A DNA stretch of 63,599 nt, counting the filler, from Folioceros fuciformis (taxonomy: Eukaryota): assembly GCA_049999805.1 (NCBI GenBank). It is 15 parts of 15 records of this genome, joined end to end, with 100 filler letters (N's around TTAATTAATTAA, not from the genome) between each part and the next. Parts side by side here need not be neighbours in the genome. Positions count along the whole stretch, not along the records: positions 29,725 to 40,237 come from JBNGIO010000523.1; positions 40,338 to 45,462 come from JBNGIO010000525.1; positions 45,563 to 48,123 come from JBNGIO010000526.1; positions 48,224 to 53,994 come from JBNGIO010000527.1; 11 more parts are not named here. One strand, given 5' to 3'. This document shows positions 36,850-48,604 of the stretch, piece after piece. The position numbers were made by a program, and so were the translations under genes. Each line of letters starts with the position of its first letter. Position 1 is the stretch's first letter. The notes beneath the pieces were generated by a model. It made no database searches and was not told where the DNA came from. It saw only the letters and a program-made list of their open reading frames with translations.

Positions 36850-37850
36850 GCATTCTTCAATAAGATTTTGTTGGAAGCTTCTGCTCCAACATACAACTTG
36901 GAGTTTCTGTCATATCCATGCTTGGCACCCTATGGCACAAGAATAGTTGGATGTTTAATGGAGAAAGAAGTACATGATGACTAACACAAATTTCAAGCTT
37001 GTGGTGGAGGAATTGCATCCTTACATTCAAAAGAAGTCTAACAAGCCACGTCAACAACTTGAGGTTGGAGTAGTCATGCTCTTGCACATATTAGTGTATG
37101 GAACATCTCCTAAAGTTGTCACTAACACATATGAATGATCCATTGTGACAAAGTATACCAAGTTGATTACTAGCATCTTTAGTAATCCAAGAAAGTTGGC
37201 TTCAAAGTTCATCAACTAGCAACACCTAGCATGTGTAGATAAGTTTTTTTTTGAAAGTTACTAGAATTCCAAATATAGTTGGTACAATCGATGGTTCGCA
37301 CATCAAATTGGCCACTACGCTTGCTAACAAGTCCACTCCAACTACATATTTGGACACGTCATGATATGCAAAGGGTCATTATTCAAGGAGTTTGCGATTA
37401 TAATCGATTTTTTTATGTAAATTGTATTGCTCTAGGAGGTGTCCATGACTTTGTTATGTTATGGAAGAGTAGTGTGTGGACAAGATTATGGAAGAGCAGT
37501 GTGGACAAGATTATGGAAGAGTAGTATGTGGACAAGATTATATCGACTTAACATCTAAAGAGAGCCAACAATATTGATTAGCAATACTAATGTTCGGTCT
37601 TTTATTAATGATGATAGTGATTCTCCAATCATGGCTTTTCTTATAAATGCATATGACACACTATGCTTGTTAGACAAATGAAGGTTCAACAAAAGTCTTC
37701 GCAAAAGAAGAGCGAAAATTGAAAATGTGTTTAGAAATTTGAAAAATAGTGGGCATATTTTGAGGGGCATAAATGTAGCTCTCCATTATATGGCGCAGAT
37801 TCTAGTAGTGTACACAATGTTACATAATTTTTGCATCCAAGAAGCCTAAT
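36850..37850 (+). pseudogene. PIF/Harbinger DDE transposase remnant
   Basis: GTIDGSHIK, IIQGVCDYNRFFYV..GGVHD, FNKSLRKRRAKIENVFRNLK and MLHNF follow the DDE_Tnp_4 motif order. Many stops and frameshifts. Internal ~25-bp tandem repeat at ~37458-37545. Confidence 0.8.
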
Positions 37851-39456
37851 ATGGCCAATGTGTGAGAAAATCCACACCCTTATATTATGCAACGTTAGCC
37901 ATTTTATTTGGAGAATGGTGTAAGAAGCAGCTTTAGTGAGTAGGCAACAAACAAAGATAAGTATTGTTGGAGTTTTGGTTTATAACAAATCATTGATATA
38001 TTATTAGAGGTTAGGGTATAGAAATTAATGAGATCAATTGTGATAGTTATTGTATGTTAGCCTATACGTGAGGCCATCCTATCCATTTAGAACTATATAT
38101 GAAAAAAAGATAAAGCCCTACAAACTTAAAAATAAATTCAATAATTATTATGTTCAAATTAGAACATTTCACAAGATAGAAGCTTCAAGTTTGGACTACC
38201 AATCTTTGGATATTGTATCCATGTAGTTGCTTAAGCGACACTAGATACTAACTAAATTCTACGGGACAAAGCATGGGTGGAGGTGGTGCAAAGGGGGTGG
38301 TCGAAGACACGTGACTTTGCGGAGTTGAGTTTACTCCGGCATCTATGAGAAGACAAGGTAGAGTAGTAGAAGAGGGAAGATTGGTTAGAGAGATAGTGTG
38401 AACTGGAGGGAGGAAAAAGATGATCAGTAAGACAAAGCAGAGTAGTGTAGAGCAAGGATGGAAGGCTGGAGGGGGATGCCATGTTCGCCGATAAGAGTCC
38501 AACGAGTTGAGGTATGACTGGGATTGGGGGAGAAGTCCAATGTAAACGGGGTGGCAAAGGGTGTATAGTGCTACGGGTCATTGTGTGTAACAAACCGAGG
38601 TGTGCCCCATGAATGTCGTGGAATCTTAGTTGCTCCTATGTTGGAGTGGATAACTCCCCCTAGAAGAAGGAGAGGACCGATCTAGGACTCCAAAACTCGA
38701 ACGGCCATTGCAGCAAGGCATCATTACAAGCAAGAGGCATGCCCAGAAGGTAGGACTCAGAGTGGGAGGTGCATACAAGAGCACACACGGAAGGGCAACA
38801 AAGTAGAACTTAGAATTGGCGGCCTCTTCCTTAAGGAAATGGTTCGAAATTTATAGCATCCTCCAAACTTAGAGTCCGAACAACTGTCATTAAAGCAAGA
38901 AATATCCTCTCTATCCTAGCATCTCCTAAGCTTCCAGTTGTCCATAGGCTTTAGATCTTGGAAGCTCGGCGAGGCGACGGCCAGCTAGTGAGCTTCAATG
39001 AGGTGCCGAAGCAACGGGGGTGGCAGCAGCTAGTGGGGTCAAGGCCAAGGTGCTCGGCGGAGGCAGCGGTGAAGTGGGCCTAGGAAGAGACTCCTTGGGT
39101 CCAGATCAGGACCCAAATGGATGACTTGCTGTGATGCTATATTTTTATAGGGAAGCATTTTCTATGGCTAGGCACTATGTTTCCTAAACATTCTACGACA
39201 AACAACCTTCTTTTAGCTTAGATTTTCCCTATTCTAAATCGATAGGTCTCGACTAGCATCTACAAGATTCTTCTCGTAGTTCGAATGAAAAAAAAAAAAC
39301 TATCAGGATGTAATGCATGATTTCTTTTGCAGAGCCGAAAAAGCTCATCGAGAAGATCTATCAACAAGCGGGTAAGGTTTCTCAAAACTTTGGATATCGC
39401 TTGCGCAACCTCAACAATATGTTTCTAGCCATGATCAGAAGACCATGTGACCCAAG

Positions 39457-39691
39457 GCTCTGATACCATGATAAAATCCTAACAATAGGATTGTGTAGCA
39501 TGCATCTAACCCATGATGCTACGCAAGATATGTTCTTCGTTCATTAATTAAACAAAAGGTATACAAGGTGTGTTTTAAGGTGGTGCAGGGTGTCCGTTCA
39601 TGAAGAGGCTCACCCTTTCGTAGTGACCTAACCCTATTAACGGTAACTAGATTATAGGCAGGGTTACGAGCAAATTAATCGTTCCGTAACA
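39457..39691 (-). mobile_element. 5' LTR (39469-39691) and tRNA-iMet PBS, related to the LTR at 9503-9755
   Basis: TGTTACGGAA start on the minus strand; GCTCTGATACCA at 39457-39468. Confidence 0.8.
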
Positions 39692-40224
39692 AAGCCAAAC
39701 CTACTATCCTAGATGAGGCATATGCAATAATGAAGCAGGTGCAAGGTCTCCTTATGCAAGTTTCAGCAAGGGTGGACGAAGCGTCAGCCAGTAGACCTGC
39801 CTTGGAAAAGATAGTTTTGAATGAAGAAACGAATAGGCTTATGTGATTTAAAGGTATAGAAGAACGATCACGATCCAAGAAGAAGAAAGTGACATGGAAA
39901 CTATAAGTGTTGTTGCATGTTAGCTTATTTTCGTTTCGTTTTGTTGGCCATGACCATGAAATTTGTGAGTAGTTCACAACATATTCCAAATCGTTGTCAA
40001 AAGATAAACGAGATGCTCCAACTCCTCCTTGCTCACTTTGCCACACGCCTCCCACCTCTGGCTCCTTGCTCCGGCTCCTTGCTCCGGGGTCTCCTTGCCT
40101 TGCTCCTCAAAAGACCGCGCACAGTTTCACGGGTTCAACCCAGTTTCACGGTTGAACATGGTTTCACGGCTTAAACTAGAAGGTGGCAGCACTGGGCGAT
40201 ACGAGTAGAGGCGATCTCGGTATG
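39692..40224 (-). mobile_element. Highly decayed copia gag/protease remnant
   Basis: Gly/Arg-rich stretch then FLDRDRSS..LLADASSTL, resembling protease spacing. Cut by a gypsy LTR at 40225. Confidence 0.35.
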
Positions 40225-40337
40225 TGTAGAGGGAAAANNNNNNNNNNNNNNNNNNNNNNNNNNNNNNNNNNNNNNNNNNNNTTAATTAATTAANNNNNNN
40301 NNNNNNNNNNNNNNNNNNNNNNNNNNNNNNNNNNNNN

Positions 40338-42040
40338 AGATTCCAACGTTTACCGCCTAAGTCGAGGAGCAGATTTTGTCCTTCTGGCCTTGTACGTGGA
40401 TGATGTCATCCTCGCAACAAACAGTCAAGGGTTGTTAGCATAAGTTAAAAATATGCTGAGCACAAAATATGATATGAAAGATATTGGAGAGCTCAGATTC
40501 TGTTTAGGAATCCAAATTCTCAGGGTCAAACAGGAAGGTCTGCTGATTATCCATCAACATAAGTACATAGGAGAAATCATGCGTAAATTTAAGATGGATC
40601 AAGCCAGGCCTGTGTCCACACCTTATGCAACTAGAATGAAACTCACCAGTGAGCAGTGTCCGCAGTCTGAGGAAGAAATTAAGGACATGTCTACAATCCC
40701 CTACATGCACGCTATGGCCAGTCTCTCACAGACGCCTACAAGGAAGCTGAGTGGGAGCGTAGTTTCCTCAAGGACCTTGACCAAGAACAAATGGCACCTA
40801 CAAAGCTGCATTGTGACAATATGTCAGCCCTGGCATTGGTGGCTAATCCTAGATTTCATGCAGGTACTAAGCACATTGAAATTCAGCACCACTATGTTAG
40901 AGATGTAGTCGAGAGAGGTGTGGTCAAAGTAGCAGACATCCTCACAAAGGGCTTGCCAGAACATAAGCACTAAGCACCTTAAGGGACTTGGGTTATCAGA
41001 TTACTATGCCTACTTCAAGGATGGGTCTTAGGACTTATCTGGTAGGAGGGGGCGGGAACCCTGACGTTCCCTGGGTGTGGCATGGTGTGCCAGCAATCCA
41101 ATTACCTGCAAAAATAACTACACGTAGCAGGCTCGTCAGAGGGAGAGTCCACAAAACATGTTAGGTCAGTCACACATTTGACAGCACAATAGCAAGGACA
41201 GACGGGATGGATGAAGCTCACCTTAGGATGAAATCATCCCGTGCTGCCCTGATTCTCACAAGATAGGTTTGACATCCTACGGCTCATCTGAAGGCAGTGG
41301 GACTCCATCAGCAGCTAGTAGCAGTTCCAACTCCGCAATCCTGTTCATGGCCGCCCTGAGCTTGGTCGCAAGGATGGGAGCAGCGTACTCCGAATAGCGA
41401 AAGTCTGGCATTTGCTGTTGGGGCCCCCTCCTCCTGCGGAGCTCTGGCAGTCCCTGGGTATGGTCCTGAGCTCACCAGCATACTGTTCACTCTCGTGACC
41501 AGTTCCTCCAATGAGTTGCAGCTGACCCAAGGTTGCGGGCTTCGCTTCTGCTGTTCTGGGCTCCTACACGGGCGCACGTTCCCTTCTCTTTAGCGCTGCT
41601 TCACACAGGCACAGCTTCGCGTTGCTCGCTTTCCTCTTGCTATGGTTCTTCATGGCTTTGAGGCGGCGGCGGGCGTGGTAGCTAAGTAGCTCAGTTGTGA
41701 CGAGACTAAGGGAGATGGCGCATGCTAGCAGGACTGCAGTATCGAAGGCCGCCATGATAGAGGGTTCAGGGTTTTACGCCTGGAGCCGCCGTGGCACAGG
41801 GCAGCCAACAGGAGCGCTAAGGATGATCCGAGCAATGTGAACCTCCGTTATGTATACGTCACTTACCTAACAGGTGCTTTAGAGGGAGTGTTGGAGATAA
41901 AGCCAACCTCTACTTAAGTAACAGTCGTTAGGGTTAAGTGAAGCGTTATCTAGTCAAGTATAAAAGACAACTCAAACACTTTTTGCATTCGTTTTTATTT
42001 GTTTTGATGAAAGTTTATCTTGTACACTCGTCAGCTTACA
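40338..42040 (+). mobile_element. Ty1/copia RT-RNase H (internal deletion), ~0.9-kb 3' insert, PPT 41881-41888, LTR 41889-42040
   Basis: LALYVDD; MKDIGELRFCLGIQI; CDNMSALALVANPRFHAGTKHIE. AGAGGGAG then TGTTGGAG...CTTACA. Confidence 0.88.
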
Positions 42041-42599
42041 AAAGAAACACTCAGCCGTTCAAGGAATAAGGGAAAGAGAAGGTCTCCTTCCACTCCGCGC
42101 AACTAGCGGATTTGTCCCCCTCACCACTCGCCGCAGAACACAATTAGCGATTCAGGGAATAAGGGAAGGTGACCTTCCACTCAGCAGGTAATTTGCTGAT
42201 TCGTCCCCCTCACCACTAGCTGCAGAGAAAAAGCTCTCGACCACCCCTAGGAGCATCGCGCACACACTTCCCACCCAAACATCTCCAATCCAGCCATGGG
42301 CAGCGCGGGGATCTCAACTGGGAAGCGTCTCCAACATTTGCTGATTAATGAGGCGCCAACAGGCCTCTTTGTACACACGACGAGCGGGATCACGGCCGCC
42401 ATTAAGTTCAGTCTTCAGGCAGTTAGGCGCTCTTAATTATGAGCGGCATCAGGTTCAAGAAAGCATCTTCACCAGATCTTACTAAATGCTATTCTAAGAT
42501 GCAATGAATTCTGTCCTATCCTATCGCCGCACTTGCCTCCTATCCAACCGTCGCATACCCCTCTCTCGGCCGCCAAACCCCCGGGCCCTCCTTCCTTAT

Positions 42600-44310
42600 C
42601 GCTAGTCAAGCATATCTTCCCATAAGACCTCTATCTCGCTCTCGCTGCCGCCTAACTTCTCTTGTTGCGGCGTGGGTGGGGTCCGCCGAGGGGTCCTTCC
42701 CCCACCGTCTGGCCGCCTGTTGCTGAGGACCATCACCGGTTCTTGCTCCACCCATGCCTGCGCTTCTTCCTCCGTTAGTTCCTCCAAGGCTACCTCCGAA
42801 TAACAAGGAGGCAATCCCCACACCCGGAAGCAGTGGGAGAAGCATTCCCCACGAGTCCTCAGTTATAGGCAATAAGCCCTTGTCCCTCCTATTTCCACAC
42901 GCACATGGACAATCAGGTTAAGCACACGATCCCCGTTCACATAGAGGCCAGGAACATAAGTTTCCTCATCCAGATGCTGTAATACAATCTGGCCTCCTGC
43001 TGCAAATGAGGTGCTTACTCCCTCCTCCCGTGGGCTACCCCAAACTACCTATCTTCTGCTCTCCAAGGGTACTAGGGAATCCTCTGCCCCTCCGGCTGCC
43101 GCTGCTGCCAGCCCCATCCTCCTGGTGCGGGTCGTCATCCCAGCTCTTCCGGTTGCGGGCTCCACGACTGTCGCTGCTTCCTCTACCCTAGTAGGGCTGT
43201 CCTCTACTTGCATGGTCTCCCTCTGACCGGTAGTGGCTTCGGCTACCTCGGTCGCGGACCTGCTACTCTGTTTAGCATTCCCTTTCCCTTTCACCCGGCT
43301 CCGAGCCTCATCCCCTTCTCGTTTATACCGGTCCGCAAGCTTCTGGACCTTCTCCACTGCAGCCGCCTCTTGCTCTTGTGCCCTCAATAGCTCGTGTTGC
43401 ATTTCCTGATTGGCTTTGTGAACCTCCTTGACCTGGGTCAAAAGCAGCTCCTGCTGATCCTTCATGGCCTACATTTCCTCCCAAGCAAGGCGTACTTCCT
43501 CCTGTGCCTGTTCCTTTGCTGCATTCAGGGCTTGTCGAGCTTCCTCCAGTTGCTCCCGACTCCCATCTGCCAAACTCGCCCTCCTCCTTTGGTTCCTCTG
43601 GCTTCCACTTGACCTCCCGAACGGGCTTCCACATGTGTAGAGAAGCAACCACCTCTAACTTTGGCAGACTGTTAGCATAAGAATACATATGAACCAGGAA
43701 GGGTGAGATTAGAGACGGGTGGGGGGTTGGAGAAGTCAGACTCTGTCTTTCCTCATTCAGTCGATCAAAGAAAATTTCCCCCCAGTCGATCCTACTCCCA
43801 TTGACCACTTCGTGCAAGAATAGCAGCATGTGGTCCGATAGGTAGTCTTGCTTCCTATTCTACAAAAAGCACAAGAGACACCTGGCCAGACCCATGAGCT
43901 GGGCAGTTGCTATCTCCTATGCCAGCCAGCTGTTGGCCTCCCTTCCGATTCTAGTTTTGAACAGCACTGTTGATGCCGCCGTGGTGTTGCGCTTCCTCAG
44001 GGACTCGATCACGAGTCCCTCGGCTTCCTCCTGACTCTGCACATACACTGCCCAGACCAGCTCGACGTCCTAGTCTTGGGGTCTCTCCCTGGTCCCTTCC
44101 TCTTTTATCTTATTTCGCAACCGGTGCACGCACTCCTGCACCTGAGCGAGGGTCACATCGTTCCACCTCTTGGCCATGAACCTCAAGCTTAGCTCCTCTA
44201 CCAGCCCTCTGGCCCTAGCCTTCCAATGGTCCATGCTAAGCCAGAGGGCTACCTCAACTTGAGGCATCAACTCCAACGTTGTATCCCTGGACGACGCTGC
44301 CGGTGCCAAG
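42600..44310 (-). pseudogene. Retrotransposon accessory (env-like/extra) ORF remnants with a coiled-coil region
   Basis: LLFLHEVVNGSRIDWGEIFFDRL..LISPFLVHMY and a Q/E-rich coiled coil. Second copy at 18668-18894. Family assignment is inference. Confidence 0.5.
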
Positions 44311-45413
44311 TGTGGAGGCAAAACCTCGGGCACTGATTGCCGACGGGTTCCACCTTTAGTGGCCACACTTATCCCACTGTCGTTGAGACATTGGGTTTCG
44401 TTCCCACGAAGGAGTGATGGGGTTCCTTGCTGCTGTGGATGGAGGGTCGGACTCAATTGACTCGATGATGGATTCGAGGGCTCCCCTCCAGCTCCGATCA
44501 GGCGTAGGACAAGCCTCGTTGTCCAGTAGTCAGCTGCACCTCTCTTGGTGCCCACAAACTCACTCCAGTCACTACAACGACCCTAACCTCTCAGATCTGC
44601 GACTTCCCTCACTCACTTCACTCGCTCTCTCACTCCAGCACCAACACCAGCAACTAACCATGACACCACTACCTTCTACACTTCCCTATTGACTCCTCCT
44701 ACCCGGCAAGAGTCACTAGACTAACCCCAAAGAAGAGAAAGAAGGGAACACACTCTCCCCCCACACCCCCTCGGATATCTCCTCCCCACAACCTTACCAG
44801 ACGCCATGAAACATGGCCGGCCTACAGCACTTGTCCAAACAGGGAACAAGAGTGGACAGGTCGAGAGAAAGACACATCCTTTACAATCAAGAGCTAGGGG
44901 CAAACCCCTTCACCCTGGTCATTACACCTTGTGATCCTTGAAGGATTGGAAAGGGAGCCACATGATGAAGGAGAAGAGGAGAGGAGAGGAGAGGAAGAGA
45001 GGAGAAGAGGAGAAAGAGAGGTCTCATAATGTCTCTCACAGCTCTCTCCCATCTCTCTCATCTCTCTCATCTCTCTCATCTCTCTCATCTCTCTCATCTC
45101 TCTTGAAAAGGGAGCTCAAGAGGGTATTTATACCCTCTAGAAAAGCTCCCAAGGAAGCTTCACAAGAAGCTTCACAAGAAGCTCACAGGAAGCTATGCAG
45201 GAAGCTTCCTAAAAATTAGCTTAAGCTAATCTAAACTAATGATACTTAATTACACACTAATCTTAGACTAATTACATTAGCCTAATTAAACTAATCACAT
45301 TAGTCTAAAGCACATTGAGCTTTAATAACCCTATGGCCCGGTACCGGACATAAACTTTCCCCAGGTCTGGGACCAAACCTATACCCACTCTTATAACCAA
45401 ACCAACTATTTCC
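44311..45413 (-). mobile_element. Chimeric long LTR containing a complete Tork-like LTR (44939-45333) with an expanded 9-bp microsatellite
   Basis: 44311-44938 matches 21930-22543; 44939-45333 matches 18897-19170; 45334-45413 matches 23740-23818. Confidence 0.88.
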
Positions 45414-45699
45414 AGTAATGCAATCCAGGATGCGGAGGGGCACGAGCGTGCGGGTGGCAAGANNNNNNNNNNNNNNNNNNNNNNNNNNNNNNNNNNNNNN
45501 NNNNNNTTAATTAATTAANNNNNNNNNNNNNNNNNNNNNNNNNNNNNNNNNNNNNNNNNNNNGCAGTCTAACTCCCTCTTCACTTGTATTGTGTTGTTTT
45601 TGTAATTCTCCTTTTTATTTGAGTTTAAGAGCCTTGTTATAGTGCTCTTAGTTTTGGGATTCTGCATCTTGCTTCAACTAACTTGTTTTAACCTCCTTT

Positions 45700-46523
45700 G
45701 AGCATGGCGGGGGTGACATCTCAACACACACTCCCTGACCAGTTGTGGCGTAGCATGGTTCCACCACTGGGTCATGAACCCGAGGTCCACTTCCCCGACC
45801 AACCCTCCAGCTCTCATCCTCCAGTGCTCCATATTGGGCCAAAGGAGTACATTGATTTTTGGGACAAGAGGCCCTTCCTCCTACTACTTAGGCACCATTA
45901 CTCCTGGCACGAGCTTCGGACGAGACCTCATCCTGCCCAATCCCTTCCCGTGCTCCGGGCACCGCCGACCTCCGGCACCTGTGGTCGCCTAGCATCCTTC
46001 GGCTGCTCCGCTCCATTGCCCCAGCGCCCGCTCTGCTCCGGGTCGTCGTCGCGCTCCTTGGTTACTCTCGCTCCTGCTTCAAATAATGACTAAGTTTCCC
46101 TGACTTCCCTTAGGGTTTTATACTGACCGTTTCCATTCCACTACTGTCGGTTGGGCTACCATCGGTTCCCTTTCCATGACGGTCGCCCCACCGGCTACCA
46201 TCGCCCAGTCATCACACTCCGGTTTTTCGCCTAAGTTCACAACTACCTAAGCCCTTAACCCATTTCCTATTTCTTATTTCGCAGGGGGTGGGGTACATAT
46301 ATAGACACTTGAGTGCCCCCGATCCACCAAGGGCCAAGGACCCACTCGCCCACACTTCTCCTTGGGCCTATCACTTAATCCCATCAAACCACCAAGGGCC
46401 AAGGAGCCTCTTGGGTATAAATACCCAAGTATTATTTCCATACTAAGCCGATTCACTCGCATCTTCACCAAAAAAAACACTACCTGTTCATACTGGGAGT
46501 CCTGCAAGTTTTTTTCCTCTACA
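45700..46523 (-). mobile_element. Gypsy LTR (TGTAGAGG family) inserted in a copia RT/RNase H junction
   Basis: TGTAGAGGAAAAAAAC start at 46523. Shares the GGGTATTTATACCCAA motif with 5081 and 63340. Left limit uncertain. Confidence 0.7.
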
Positions 46524-48123
46524 TAACCCATAACTCAAAGTTCCACGCAGGTAACGATACACACGCTTAACTGCTGCCCAGTGGGATCTGCCAAGATTCT
46601 TCAAGAACTGAGAGACCACACTCACAGAATAGCTGATGTCAAGCCTTGTCCAATTAGCAAGAAAAATTAGGCAACCTATGGCTTCAGCATAAGGCACTCC
46701 AAGCATATCCGACTCCTCCTTAGCAATTTGAGGGGACTGTTGAAAGGTCAGCTTTTCCCCCATTGCTGAAGGCGTGGCAACTGGACCAACCTCATGTATG
46801 TTGAATCGTTTTAAAATTTCCTTTAAATACTTAATCTGGTGCAGAATGACTGTTCCTTGAGATCTATCTCTGAGAATTTGAATACCCAGACAATATTGCA
46901 ATGGTCCTTGGTTAGTCATTTTGAATTCTAACCTAAGCAAGTCCTTGATCTTGTTGAGTTGCGAGGTGCTATTGCTTAGGAGGATTGCATCATCAACATA
47001 TAAGGCAAGCACCACAAATAGTCCAGCATCGGCAAGGTAAAAGACATTAGAGTCAGCCGAGGACTGAACATAGCCAAACTTGTGTAGAAACTTCATTATG
47101 CATTTATACCAGGCTCGAGGTGATTGTTTAAGTCCATACTGTGTTTTCAGTAATTTGCACACTTTATGAGGCCATTGTTTATTAACGAACCCCTCTAGCT
47201 GGTGCATGTAGAGCTCTTCCTCAAGCTCACCATGAAGAAACGCGGTGCACACATCCATATGATGCAACTCAAGATCAAACTCAGCTGCCATAGCTAGTAG
47301 GATCCTTACTGAGGGGGACTTCACAACTGGCGAGAAAGTATCTCCGTAGTCAATTCCAGGAATATGGCTAAACCCCCTCGCAACCAACCTGGACTTATAT
47401 CTTGAGATGGTGCCATCATCATTCAATTTGGTTTTGAAAACCCATTTACACGAGATAGGCTTACGGCCAAGTGGTAAGTCAGCTAACTCCCAAGTGTTGT
47501 TCTTCATTAGGGAGTTGAACTCATCATCAATGGAGACACGCCAATGCTTGCTGTCAGGGCCATTAAGTGCTTCTTCATAGCTCTGTGGATTAGGCCTAAC
47601 CTCAGGTACGTGCACATCTGTAACATGAGTTGTTTGTCTTCTAAAGTCAATGGACTAATACGGTGTCTCAGCCCAATTTTCGCATGCTCTGCGTTCTCTC
47701 GTAGGGTAGCGAGATGAAGGGGGCTCCTCGATAGCATTCTGATCCACAGAAGCTCATCTCCTACATCTGAAGTAGCAACACCCACAGCAAGTTCATCTGA
47801 AACATGTGAGTTAATCGACTGGACAGACTGATCATCTCCTTCATCCTGAACTATTGCATAATCTGGATTGACTACATCATCATGAACTGCCTCATTATCC
47901 TCATCTTGAACAGGGTCTAACTCTGCTACTACAGAAGAATCCAGCTGTTCCTCACCATCAGACTCAGGGTAGTTATGAAACACTTGTGTTGGTTCTAAGT
48001 TTAAACCAGAAAGCACAGAATCACTAATACAAGCAGGATCTACTGGATAGAGCTGCACTATAGAGGAATCTGAACGAGGAGAGGTGAATTCAGTGAAGGT
48101 AGCACTTCTGGATAAGGTAATCC
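46524..48123 (-). mobile_element. Ty1/copia reverse transcriptase
   Basis: CKWVFKTK..YKSRLVARGF, HHMDVCTAFLHG, YGLKQSPRAW, LALYVDD. Confidence 0.93.
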
Positions 48124-48223
48124 NNNNNNNNNNNNNNNNNNNNNNNNNNNNNNNNNNNNNNNNNNNNTTAATTAATTAANNNNNNNNNNNNNNNNNNNNN
48201 NNNNNNNNNNNNNNNNNNNNNNN

Positions 48224-48604
48224 TATCGTCAGACCCTGACCCCTGACACTGACATACCCAGATACCCGTTCCTATGTTCAAACCATTATTATATTATTAT
48301 TATATTATTATTTAATTATTTAATATTATATATCTTTAATTAATATTAAACTAATCACCCAACCCTATGGCCTGGTACCGAACCTAATCCTTCCCAGCTC
48401 TTGGACCAAACCTATACCCACTCTTATAACCAAACCAACTATTTCCTGGTCAATTAACCTAATTAACACACAGAAAAATAGGAAAAATGACCAGAAAATC
48501 AAGGAAAATTAGGGAAAATAAGTTGAAAAAGAAAACCAAACCATACCACTATTAACCCTTTTTCAACCAAAACAAACTACTACCCCAAACTTTGGAGGTT
48601 CACA
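48224..48604 (-). mobile_element. 5' end of TGTGAACC-family LTR, non-chimeric version
   Basis: Matches 23582-23826, then continues into an AT-rich tract instead of the copia LTR. Confidence 0.85.

Noticed and set aside
42058-42230. Two imperfect ~85-bp direct repeats; also short duplications at 9330-9445 and 9517-9572
   Set aside because: Ordinary local duplications in TE sequence, with no further structure.
44894-45103. MREMREMRE repeat protein
   Set aside because: Translation of a 9-bp CT-rich microsatellite inside an LTR.
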